Shown: positions 48,401 through 60,045 of the stretch, in pieces | Position numbering within the stretch: position 1 is the first letter of the stretch | Layout: each line of letters begins with the position of its first letter | Source of the DNA: Mobula hypostoma | Lineage: Eukaryota | Direction of reading: 5' to 3' | DNA: 64,000 bases | Assembly: GCF_963921235.1 (NCBI RefSeq) | Contig: NC_086109.1 | Location: forward strand, 36,706,001-36,770,000 | Notes under the pieces: generated by a model | Seen by the model: the letters and a program-made list of their open reading frames with translations, nothing else | What the model was told of the DNA's origin: nothing | The model's database searches: none | Translations under genes and position numbers: made by a program

Positions 48401-50317
48401 GAAAAGAGGATGCTGTCTAAGTTACATGCCATCTTGGTCAATGTCTCCCATCCACTACATAATGTACAGGGTGGGCACAGTACATTCAGCCAGAGTCTCA
48501 TTCCTCCGAGATGTAGCACAGAGCATCATAGGAGGTCATTCCTGCCTGTGGCCATCAAACTTTACAACTCCTCCCTTGGAGGGTCAGACACCCTGAGCCG
48601 ATAGGCTGGTCCTGGAATTATATTACATAATTTACTGGCATAATTTACATATTGCTATTTAACTATTTATGGTTCTATTACTATTTATTATTTATGGTGC
48701 AACTGTAACGATAACCAATTTCCCCCGGGATCAATAAAGTATGACTATGACTATGACTAAAATACATTAGGATGGGTAAGTCCCCGGGGCCTGATGGAAT
48801 ATTCCCCAGGCTGCTACATGAGGCAAGGGAAGGGATTGCTGAGCCTCTGCCCAGGATCTTTATGTCCTTGTTGTCCATGGGAATGGTACCAGAGGATTGG
48901 AGGGAGGCGAATGTTGTCCCCTTGTTCAAAAAAGGTAGTAGGGATAGTCCAGGTAATTATAGACCAGTGAGCCTTATGTCTGTGGAGGGAAAACTGTTGG
49001 AAAAGATTCTTAGAGATAGGATCTCTGGGCGGTTAGAGAATTATGGTCTGATCGGGGACAGTCAGCATTGCTTTGTGAAGGGCAGATCGTGTTTAACAAG
49101 CCTGATAGAGATCTTTGAGGAGGTGACCAGGCATATAGATGAGGGTAGTGTAGTGGATGTGATCTATATGGATTTTAGTAAGGCTTTTGACAAGGTTCCA
49201 CACGGTAGGCTTAATCAGAAAGTCAGAAGGCATGGGATCCAGGGAAGTTTGGCCAGGTGGATTCAGAATTGCCTGCAGAAGGCAGAGGGTCATGGTGGAG
49301 GGGGTGCATTCAGATTGGAGGATTGTGACTTGTGGTGTCCCACAGGGATCTGTTCTGGGACCTCTACTTTTCACGATTTTTATTAACGACCTGGATGTGG
49401 GGGTAGAAGGGTGGGTTGGCAAGTTAACAGATGACACAAAGTTTGGTGGTGTTGTAGATAGTGTAGAGGATTGTCAAAGATTGCAGAGGGACATTGATAG
49501 GATGCAGAAGTGGACTGAGAAGTGGCAGATGGAGTTCAACCCAGAGAAGTGTGAGGTGGTACACTTTGGAAGGACAAACTCCAAGGCAGAGTACAAAGTA
49601 AATGGCAGGATACTTGGTAGTGTGGAGGAGCAGAGGGATCTGGGGGTACATGTCCACAGATCCCTGAAAGTTGCTTCACAGGTGAATAGGGTAGTTAAGA
49701 AAGCTTATGGGGTGTTAGCTTTCATAAGTCGAGGGATAGAGTTTAAGAGTCACGATGTAATGATGCAGCTCTATAAAACTCTGGTTAGGCCACACTTGGA
49801 GTATTGTGTCCAGTTCTGGTCGCCTCACTATAGGAAGGATGTGGAAGCATTGGAAAGGGTACAGAGGAGATTTACCAGGATGCTGCCTGGTTTAGAAAGT
49901 ATGCATTATGATCAGAGATTAAGGGAGCTAGGGCTTTACTCTTTGGAGAGAAGGAGGATGAGAGGAGACGTGATAGAGGTGTACAAGATAATAAGAGGAA
50001 TCGATAGAGTGGATAGCCAGCGCCTCTTCCCCAGGGCACCACTGCTCAATATAAAGGACATGGGTTTAAGGTAAGGGTTGGGAAGTTCAAGGGGGGTATT
50101 AGAGGAAGTTTTTTACTCAGAGAGTGGTTGGTGTGTCGAATGCACTGCCTGAGTCAGTGGTGGAGGCAGATATACTAGTGAAGTTTAAGAGACTACTAGA
50201 CAGTTATATGGAGGTATTTAAGTTGGGGGCTTGTATTGGAGGCAGTGTTTGAGGGTTGGCACAACATTGTGGGCTGAAGGGTCTGTACTGTGCTGTACTA
50301 TTCTATGTTCTATGTTC
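45455..50317 (+). mobile_element. CR1-clade LINE (ORF2 EN and RT), interrupted by a Rex1
   Basis: ESVWVEVRN, FYRPP, MGDFNFPNIDW, GKSPGPDGIFPRLL, YMDFSKAFDKVPH and GVPQGSVLGP; (TTCTATG)n tail; candidate TSD TATGTAA at 45448-45454 and 50318-50324. Confidence 0.92.
46532..48757 (+). mobile_element. Rex1/Babar LINE nested in the CR1
   Basis: ITDYINFCVD, KPWVTK, FFDFSSAFNTI, GAPQGTVLSP and QKFSDDSAI; (TATGAC)n tail. Removing it restores CR1 LELLKYIRMGKSPGPDG, with TAA duplicated. Confidence 0.92.
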
Positions 50318-50483
50318 TATGTAACTTCACTCAGCAAGAAGCTGGGAACAATGTACTTATCTTCAGCTCTTGTGACCGAGGGAGCAGAGATTGGTCAGTT
50401 CTCCTAGGACTGCTTTTTCTGTTAATTGGTTTGAAATGTGCTTATGTGGGCACTAGGTTAAACCAGTTTAAGATGCAACTTGC

Positions 50484-50522
50484 CTGCTGCTGTGCATGTC
50501 AAATCGTATAACTGGTGTATCA
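50484..50522 (-). CDS. Candidate small upstream exon with GC donor (DTPVIRFDMHSS(R))
   Basis: Acceptor ATTACATTCCAG and consensus GC donor CAG|GCAAGT. 39 nt, phase 2-2. Joins in frame to exon 44361 giving MHSSRLSDL, with the same M..L spacing as EctC MIVRTLxxI. Confidence 0.25.
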
Positions 50523-51204
50523 CTGGAATGTAATTTATTGGTAAACTTTTGGCATTGACACTTTCCATATATTTATCGAAATTTGTGTTAGTATTAGAAT
50601 AATTCCTACATTTCTGAAGTGTGAATTACCATCAATGTGACAACTTTGCCTTTGCAGTCAGCAGTAAATGAACACTGACTGGCGACATTGTAGAAGATTG
50701 TCTATGGACACAACAAGATATAGATCAGTAGTGGATGTGGGTGGAGATATGGCAGCTAGAGTTTAATCTAGCCATGTATAAGCTATTGCAGCTTTGGAAA
50801 CTGAATGTAAAGGTACAGTATGTGTAAATGACAGGACCCTGAACAGTACTGATGTTCAGTAGAACCTTGGGGTCCAAGTCCATAGCTCCGTGAAAGTGTT
50901 TACACAAGTTGAAATGATGGTGAAGAAGGCATGTGTCATATTTGCCTTTGCCTTTGTTATTTGATGTATTGACTTCAAGAGTCAGGAAATTCTGTTGCAA
51001 GTTTTATACCACATGTTTAGGTCACATCGAGAGTGTTGCATTCAGTTCCGGTTGCCTCTTTATAGGAAGGACATAGAGTGTTTGGAAAAGGTGCAGAAGA
51101 GGTTTTTCAGGATGCTGTCTGGAATAGAGGGCATGTGATAAAGGAGAGGTTGGACAAATTTGATTTGTTTACTCTGGAATTGCAGAGGCTTAAGGGACAC
51201 CTAA

Positions 51205-52282
51205 TGCCACAATCACAGATTCAGCAGTGCAGCAAATACAGCAATTGTGCTCTTGAATATTAGATTATATTAGATTATGAGGACACTCAGTCTTCAGTTA
51301 TTGTCATTTAGAAATGCATGCATTAAAAAATACTACAATGTTCCTCCAGAATAATATCATAAAAAACACATAACTATAACATATAGTTACAACAATGCAA
51401 AGCAATACCGTAATTTCATAAAGAGCAGACCATGGGCACAGTAAAAAAAAAGTCTCAAGTCCCCATCCACTCATCATTTCATGCAGACGGTAGAAGGGAG
51501 AAACTCTCCCTGTCATGAACCTCCAAGCGCCGACAAATTGCTAATGCTTTGGAAGCACCCGACTGCAGCCGACTCTGAGTCTGTCCGAAAACTTCGAGCC
51601 TCTGACCAGCCCCTCCGATACAGCCTCTCTGAGCACCATCCTCTGCCGAGCGCTTCAACCCCATTCCGGCCGCCAAGCAACAAGCAAAGCCGAGGACTCG
51701 GGACCTTCTCCTCCTGAGATTCCGGACCACACAGTAGCAGCAGCAGTGAAGCAGGCATTTCAGAAGTTTCTCCAGATGTTCCTCCGTGCTCTTATGTCCG
51801 CCTGCATCAAATCAGGATTGTGCACAGCACCTTACTTGATAAATAACAGACATCACCACCGGAGTGGCCGCTGCGAGCTGCGTCGTGCCGCCATCTTCTC
51901 CTCCCCGAATATGCACATGTCAGCTAATTATGATTTCATTGTGATGGTATCTAACTCCATTCTTTTTGTCATAGCCCTTGTTGAGACTTGAGTAAAGCAC
52001 AGCAGCATTTTGCTGCCCGCTTGCATTCAGCCTTCCCTGAGAAATTGGACTGTCGAGTCACCTGGCTCTGAAGACTAGCGGTTTTCGTTTTACATTTAGT
52101 TATTCCTTTCAGCTGCAGTGTTGGCTTCATTTTCCATTTGAGAGTTTTAGTTGACAGCCTTGTTTGACTTAGTGTTTATTGTTTTCTTTTCCTCTAACTC
52201 TGTTCACATTAACGTCTGTGAACTATCCACCCTCTTCAGTGTCTCTGGCTCTGCACTTGGGCCATATCCGAACGTAGTGACA
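51205..52282 (+). mobile_element. Solo LTR containing a nested non-autonomous retroposon
   Basis: TG at 51205, CA at 52282, TSD CCTAA at 51200-51204 and 52283-52287. Ends CTGCACTTGGG...GTGACA, like the solo LTR at 33860-34275. Confidence 0.72.
51261..51906 (-). mobile_element. Second copy of the 0.65-0.7 kb non-autonomous retroposon
   Basis: Reverse complement aligns with 19283-19971. TSD GAATAT at 51255-51260 and 51907-51912. Confidence 0.8.
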
Positions 52283-52393
52283 CCTAATAGAGATTTATAA
52301 GATAATAAGAGGCATAAATTGAGCTGACTGGTTGATAGAGTCAGTACCTTTTCTTCCCCAGTGTGGAAATGTCTCATAACACAGGGCATGTAT

Positions 52394-55300
52394 TGTGGTA
52401 AACTATAAAAATAGGTTGTAACTGGGTTACCTGTCTGGACACACCCCTCTGCTGACTGCCCCTGTGGCTCCTCCCACAGATCGCTGAATAAAGGCAATTG
52501 CGCCATTGCTCCTCCTCTCAGTCCAGGGGCAGATACTCAGCATGGCGGAGGTCACATTTTACTGCTAATAAAAGCCTTTCAGTATGTACTCTACTTCCAG
52601 TCTTTTGGAGTTATTGATAGTGCATCAATTTCATTTGCAGTAATTTTAAAGCATGGAACACGTACTGAGATCTGACAAGTTAGACCTTGACCCGCAAACA
52701 CCTGAAGCTAGAAACGCTTTCGAACTCTGGCTGGCCTGCTTCGAATCATACCTAGAGGAGATTGAAGTGATCAAGTCCACCACAAAGCGCAGAGTTCTCC
52801 TCTCCAGGGTCAGTCCACGGGTCTACTCGATGATCAGAGACCAGCCGAGCTACGACGGCGTAATGCGCGCCCTCAAAAGACAATACCTGTGGCAGGTAAA
52901 CACCATCTATGCGCGCTATCGTTTAGCGACGCGGCAGCAGTGGCCCGGGGAGTCGAGCGCTGAGTTTGTCCGGGCCCTACAGACACCTGTGCGGACCTGT
53001 GACTGCCAAGAACTGATGGCTGAAGAGTATGCGGAGCTCCTAGTGAGAGACACCTTCGTCACAGGGACCAGGTCAGTGTATGTGCACCACCGGCTGCTGG
53101 AACAAGCTGAACTTACCTTCTGTTTGACAACTGAGCTGGCCGACACGCTGGAGGCTGCTCTGCACAACTCTGAGGCTCTCCAGGCATGTGATCCCCCCCA
53201 TGGCCTCATAGACACCGCAGACCCTCCAACCCGCCGGCGAATCGACCACGGCTGCTGCCAGTTGCGAGTCCGCAAAGTGCTACTTCTGTGGACTCGAGAA
53301 GCACCCGCGGAGATGCTGCCCAGCCCAAGAAGCTACCTGCTCCAGCTGCGGAAAGAAGGGCCACTTTGCCAAGGCCTGTAAGTCCAAACCATGAGCGGGA
53401 TCGAGCAGCACCGCGTGCGAGGCATGGGGGTCGCCATCTTGCCTGCATGCTGCCACCACATGCGAGATATGAGGGCAGCCATCTTGGTTGGCACCACCTC
53501 CCACCGTCTATGACCCATGGGTACTCATGGGGCACCCCACCGTGCCGGCCCAAGACAGCGATTCAACTCTGGTCTCCGTGACCCTCGACCAAAGCGCTCT
53601 CCACCAGTTCGCAAGGTCAATGATGGACATCCTGGTGCAGGGGTGCAGAACAAGCTGCCTGTTTGACACGGGCAGCATGGAGAGTTTTATCCACCCGGAC
53701 ACGGTGCAGCAATGCGGACTCACGATACGGCCGGTAAGTCAGAGAGTCGCATACAACAGACATCTTGGGGGGGGGGGGGTTGTATAGCAACGCTAGTGGT
53801 GCAGGGCACAGAATATCGAGACTTTACATTACTGGTCATGCCTCAACTGTGTGCCCCTGTACTATTGGGGCTCGAGTTCCAGAGCCACCAGAAAAGTGTG
53901 ACAATGGAGTACGATGGGCCCCTCCCACCAATCACTGTCGTAAATCCTCAGTTCTGTAGGAATACGTCACGTACCCCGCTACTGACCACCCCCACACACC
54001 GACCCGCACATCCCACCCGACACCATGCCAACAGCCGCACTACAGATACCACTTGCAGCCTCTCCACCTTCAAGAGCCCTCCTCCACCACTGTTCGCCAA
54101 CCTGACCCCCGACTGTAAACTTGTGGCAACTAAAAGCAGGAGGTACAGCGTGGGGGACAGAGCCTTCATTAAGTCGGAGGTGCAGCGTCTGCTTAGGGAG
54201 GGGGTCACTGAGGCAAGCACAAGTCCTTGGAGGGTGAAGGTGGTCGTTGTTTGGAACCGGGAGAAAAATAGGATGGTCGTGGACTATAGCCAGACCATCA
54301 ATAGGTTCACGCAGCTCGACGCGTACCCTCGACCCTGCATCACAGATGTGGTCAATCAGATAGCACAGCACAAGGTGTACTCGACCATAGATCTAAAATC
54401 CGCTTACCATCAGCTCCCCATCGCCGGGAGGGCTGCCTTCGAGGCGGACGGCAGGCTTTATCATTTCCTGCGCATCCCTTTCGGTATCACAAATGGTGTA
54501 TCGGTCTTCCAGAGGGAAATGGACCAGATGGTGGACCAGTGCCAACTGAAGGCCACGTTCCCATATCTGGATAACATCACCATTTGCAGTCACGACCAGC
54601 AGAATCACGACAACAACCTCCAAAAATTTTTCCAAGCGGCCAAAGCTTTCAATCTCACCTGTAACAAGGACAAGTGTGTGTTCGGAACCACTCGACTTGC
54701 TATCCTTGGGTGTGTCGTGGAGAATGGAGTCATTGGCCCTGACCCCGACTGTATACGCCCCCTGTTGGAACTCCCTCTTCCCAACACCCTCAGAGCCCCC
54801 AAAAGATGCCTGGGCTTCTTTTCATATTACGCCAATGGGTCCTTAACTACGCAGACGAGGCCTGCCCCCAGTCAAGTCCACTACATTTCCCCTCTCAGCC
54901 GAGACCCGCGCGGTCTTCAGCTGCATTAAAGGGGGCATTGCCAAAGCAGCAATGCATGCGGTGGATGAGGCCATTCCCTTCCAAGTAGAGAGTGTCACCT
55001 CCGACTTCGTGCTGGCTGCTACCCTCAATCAGGCAGGAAGACCGGTGGCGTTCTTCTCCCGTAACCTTCAGGGCCCTGAAATTCTGCACTCCGAGGTGGA
55101 GAAAGAGGCCCAGGCCATAGTGGAAGCTATTAGGCACTGGAGGCACTATCTCACCGGCAAAAAGTTCACCCTGCTGACTGACCAGCACTCAGTCGCATTC
55201 ATGTTTAGTAACCAAGAGCGGGGCAAAATCAAAAATAATAAAATTCTGAGGTGGAGACTCAAACTCTCCACCTACAACTATGACATCATGTACAGGCCTG

Positions 55301-56811
55301 GGAAGCTCAATGAGCCCTCCGATGCCCTATCCCGGGGAACATGCGCCAGCGCGCAGATCGACCGGCTATACGCCCTACATGTAGATCTTTGCCACCCGGG
55401 GGTAACCTGGCTTTTCCACTTCGTGAAAGCCCGGAACCTGCCTTACTCCCTTGAGGAGATCAGGATGATGACCAGGGACTGCCAAGTCTGCGCAGAGTGC
55501 AAACCGCATTTCTACCGACCTGTAAAGGCACCACTCATCAAGGCCACCCACCCCTTTGAGCGACTGAGTGTTGACTTTAAGGGCCCCCTTCCCTCCACCA
55601 ACCTCAATGTGTACTTTCTCAACGTTATCGACGAGTACTCGCAGTTTCCCTTCGTCATCCCCTGCTCCGATACCACTACCACGTCAGTTATAAAAGCCCT
55701 GCGCAAGCTCTTCACTCTGTTCGGATACCTATGCTATATCCACAGTGACAGAGGGTCCTCATTTATGAGTGACGAGCTGCGCCAATACCTGCTGGCTAGG
55801 GGCGTTGCAACTAGTAGAACCGCGAGCTATAATACCCGGGGGAATGGACAGGTAGAGAAGGAGAATGGCACAGTGTGGAAAGCCACACTCTTAGCCCTCA
55901 GGTCAAAGGGACTGCCGGTCTCCCGCTGGCAGGAGATCCTTCCCGAGGCACTTCACTCCATCCGCTCCCTGTTATGCACAGCCACCAATGCCACCCCTCA
56001 TGAGCGGCTCTTTTCATTTCCCAGAAAGTCGACCACCGGGACCACCCTACCAACTTGGCTGACGTCCCCGGGGCCAATGCTGCTCCGGAAACATGCGAGG
56101 AGCAATAAATACTCCCCGAAGGTCGAGATGGTTCACTTACTTCATGCAAACCCCCAGTATGCCTATGTGGTTTTACCTGATGGGCGGGGGGACATGGTCT
56201 CCATCTGCAACCTGGCGCCCGCAGGAGCACCGGGCCCCTACCCTGAACACCCCATGGTGATTATTAACCCCGTACCCACCGATACATATACCCACAAGAC
56301 ACCGCGCACTCCTAGCCCTACAGAGACACCACACGACACTCCCATACCGGGAACGACACACACGCACGAGGGTTTACCAATGCCTAATGTGCTGACACCT
56401 CATGTCAGGCCGGAGCCAGCACAACCGCCATCGCCGGTGCAATTACCACCGGTGCTACGTAGATCACAGCGACAGATTCGACTGCCTGATAGACTTGAAC
56501 TGTAAATATACTTGTTTTAAATATTGTCAGTCACTTCATCCCATGGGACGCGTTTTTAAAAAAAGGAGGGGTGAATGTGGTAAACCATATATATATATGT
56601 TGTAACTGGGTTATCTGTCTGGACATGCCCCTCTGCTTTCTGCTCCTGTGGCTCCTCCCACAGATCTCTGAATAAAGGCAATTGTGCCATCACTCCTCCT
56701 CTCAGTCAGGAGGCAGATACTCAGCATGGTGGAGGTCACATTTTACTGCTAATAAAAGCCTTTCAGTATTTACTCTACTTCCAGTCTTTTGGAGTTATTG
56801 ATAGTGCATCA
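52394..56811 (+). mobile_element. Near full-length Mag-like Gypsy LTR retrotransposon
   Basis: LTRs at 52394-52627 and 56576-56811, perfect TSD TGTAT, PPT AAAAAAAGGAGGGGTGAA at 56558-56575. Confidence 0.95.
52653..56505 (+). pseudogene. Gag-pol of the Mag-like element (several frameshifts)
   Basis: Gag from 52653; double knuckle CYFCGLEKHPRRCCPAQEATCSSCGKKGHFAKAC; PR LFDTGS; RT STIDLKSAYHQ and YLDNITI; RNase H PVAFFSR..EKEAQAIVEA; IN HPG..CQVC, VDFKGP, HSDRG and GNGQVEKENG. Confidence 0.9.
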
Positions 56812-57149
56812 TGTATTTAAGGTGAAAGAGGATAATTTCAAAGTAAATGCGTGGACAAGTTTTTTTTTTAAACACAGAGATGGTGAATGTCTGGGATGTG
56901 CTGTCAGGGCTGGTGATGGAGGTAAATACGATAGAGGCATTCAAGAGGATCTTATATATTCACATGAATATGCAGAAAATGGAGGGATATCGACCACATG
57001 TGGACGAAAGGAATTATTTTTGTTTGGCATGTAATTACTAGTTTAATTAATTCACAGGACCTTGTGGAACATAGGATCTGTTTAGTATTGTGCAGGTCTA
57101 CTTTCTATGGTCTAAAGTTCACTGATCAACTTGCCGAAAACTGCCTGAG

Positions 57150-58067
57150 CAATGATCTAGGCTTGCTTTTACTCCATCTACAAGTATGCAGATGATACTA
57201 CTGCAGTGGGTCATGTCTCAGTTGAGTCAGAGTACAGGAAAGAGGTAGAGAACTTAGCAGTGTGGCACCATGACAACAATCTTTCCCTCGATGTCAACAA
57301 AAGTACTGGTCATTGACTTCAGAAAGGGGAGTAGTGCACATGCTCCTGTCTACATCAATAGTGTTGAGGTTCAGAGAGTTTAAAGCTTCAAGTTCATAGG
57401 AGCGAACATCACAAATAGCCTGTCCTGGTCTGAACTATGGCAAAGAAAGTTCACCAATGCCTCTACTCCTCAGGAAGATGAAGAAATTTGGCATCTCCCT
57501 GTCAACCTTTACCAATTTTTATGAATAAACATTAGAAAGTTTCCTAACAGGATGCACCATAGCTTGCTATGGTAACTGTTCTGCACGAGACCGCATGAAA
57601 CTGCAGAGAGTTGCAGCATATCAAGGAAATCAGCCTCCCTTCTATTAATTGTCTATACTTCTCACTGCCTCAGTAAAGCAGCAAGCCTAATCAAAGACTC
57701 ATCCACTCCAGACATTCTTTCTTCTCCCCTCTCTCATCGGGCAGAAGTTACAAAAGCCAGAAAGCACATACCACCGGGCTTAAGGGCAGCTTCTATCTCC
57801 CTGTTATAAGACTGCTAAATGGTTCTCTAGTATGATAAGATGGGTTCTTGATCTCACAAACCCTTTTTGTTTTGAGCTTGCACCTTACTGTTTACCTGAA
57901 CTGCACTTTCTCTGTAGCTGCTACATTTTATTTGGCATTGCTATTGTTTCACCTGTTCTACCTCAATGCACTCTGTAATGATCTCATCTTTATGAGCAGT
58001 GTGCAAGTCGAGCTTTTCACTGTATCTCATTACATCTGACAATAATAAACAAATTCCAATTCCAATT
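57150..58067 (+). mobile_element. Degenerate Rex1/Babar LINE 3' part
   Basis: YKYADDTTAVG, LVIDFRK and FKFIGANIT; ends AATAATAAACAAATTCCAATTCCAATT. Confidence 0.75.
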
Positions 58068-59579
58068 TGAACCAGAAACGCATCCATTTGTCTGACTGGC
58101 CCAGCATGGCTGGACCTGTGTGATGACTGTGAGCAAAGGAGGAAACAATTCATCAGCTGGAAGAATCCACACACTGAACCACACTAAGTCTAAATCAGAA
58201 AGCATAAATTATGACATGTAAATTGGGCTCAAACTATATATAGAAATTGAAATGAAAAATTTGAGGGATGCTAATTAAATTCTGAAGAAATGTGAATCTG
58301 TAAAATAGAATCCTTTTGACCAGGGAGTCAATTTAATGTTAATTATTCATTTTCAAGTTGTAATTTACTCCTAAGTGCATAATCCTTTAGCTATAACTTT
58401 AATGAAGTACCAGCGGGAACGTGCAGCTTGGTCGTATTATTGCAAAATTTTAAGTGTCAGATTCTGCTCATAGCCCCAGAATAATATGATTCAGTTGGTA
58501 TGGTGAAAGACACTACTGGCCTGGAATGGAATGCATGTTTTGACATGATCAACAAAATGGGGTATCGGCGGTCTATAGTGTAAAAGTTTGAGAGCCCTAC
58601 TTATTGAGGCACATACTAATAAAAAATACAAATTAACAATTCCAATCCTTGCATATGTATTTATATAAGATGCTTGGCCATGTTTCCACAATCTCCACTA
58701 CTGTACAGTATAGGGGGAATGCAGGAGGAAACTAGATTAAGACTGTGTTGGGGGGTCTGTGGGCAATTATATGTAGGTGGAAAAAAACCCTAGGGCGATG
58801 AATGAAGAGGAGATATTTGGGAACATGTGAAGATGATCTGGAGGGAACATTGTGAAGACGGGATGTAGATCAGATAGGGGGTGGGAAGAGAGCATGAGGT
58901 TGGGCAGAAGATCAGAACGGCCAGGAGAAGGCTTGGGTTGGAGTTAGTGGTTGGAGGTGCAGAATTTAGTGGAAATATGATCAACGTAGGCTCTGAAAGG
59001 AAGGGACTGGAAAGCGAGGAGCCAACTAAGTAACAATGAAAGAAGTTTCGAGTCAGGTTTTTAGAAAGAAGTAAGGAGTACAGTGAGGAGATTGTGGGAG
59101 ATGCTTAATAGAATGGATTCAAGAAGGAAATTGATAGAGGATCAGAGAAAGACTCAATGACACAAGGACACATTGATGGGAATGGGATCTTCATCGGGTT
59201 AGTGTGGAGACGATCACTGAAGATAATAAATAAAAACAGGAACATACTCAATGATGAATGGTCTTCGTTGCATAACCCTGAGTTAATCCCAGTTTACACT
59301 CTGATTTCACAGTAGAAAATCACGTAGTGTAGGCTAACTGATGTCATTGCACAGACAGTGGACGCAGGTGTCATATGAACAAAAATTGAATTACAATTTA
59401 TAGGATCATGTTAAGTGTGCCCATGTTATCTTTTTAGATAAAGTTTTATCATATGGCATATATGCCCTTCTGACAACCAACTGCATATATAATAATCACA
59501 CCATTTAATAAAAACTTGCAAACTTGGAGAACTGCAGAAAGTCTATGAGCGATCAATGCATTCAGTTTCAAAGTTTATA

Positions 59580-59738
59580 TGACATCTTCTTTCAAGACTG
59601 ATGTCTTCATTTTTGGGCCAACTGGGGCTGCTGTTGCTTCAATAACCTTTGGAATTCATACCAATTGAAGTCATGAGTAGCTGTTTCATCCTCACCACCA
59701 CTGTTGTCAGCCTTCTAGATGAATGGCGGACAATAAAC
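59580..59738 (-). other. Candidate exon in unique DNA, reading frame ambiguous
   Basis: Acceptor TTTGGTTTGGTTCATTTACAG (AG at 59740-59739). The phase-2 frame reads FIVRHSSRRLTTVVVRMKQLLMTSIGMN; the phase-0 frame reads VYCPPFI*. Confidence 0.35.
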
Positions 59739-60045
59739 CTGTAAATGAACCAAACCAAATATTCCATCTGTGTAGGATCCTAAGTATGTTGTAGTACAGA
59801 TCACTTTGTTTTGTGTTATACTCCCATATGATTCATTTTATCTTCATTTATTAATTTTATTTAAAAAGTCTAGGCTTCAGTCTACATTTAACTATGGTGA
59901 ACAGAATCTATTTTAGCAAGTCCAGATATTTCAACCTTGCAATTTTTTCCAGGTTTTTAATCATATTGTCATCTCTGTGTAATTCCTCTTTCTTCCAAAC
60001 CTCCCAGAAAAATCTCCTTACCTTGATATTTTCCTCACCCTTTTT

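Larger units (their letters stand above)
50680..57115 (+). mobile_element. Old CR1 3' fragment split by a solo LTR and a full Gypsy element
   Basis: Pieces at 50680-51204, 52283-52393 and 56812-57115 join into the CR1 ORF2 C-terminus (LKGHL|IEIYKIIRG; TQGM|YLR...FFKHR). Confidence 0.75.

Noticed and set aside
58410..58616. Minus-strand segment with GAMSRI, resembling GALSQI of the cupin exon
   Set aside because: It has an in-frame stop, the spacing to downstream motifs does not fit, and there is no consistent phase. Probably chance.
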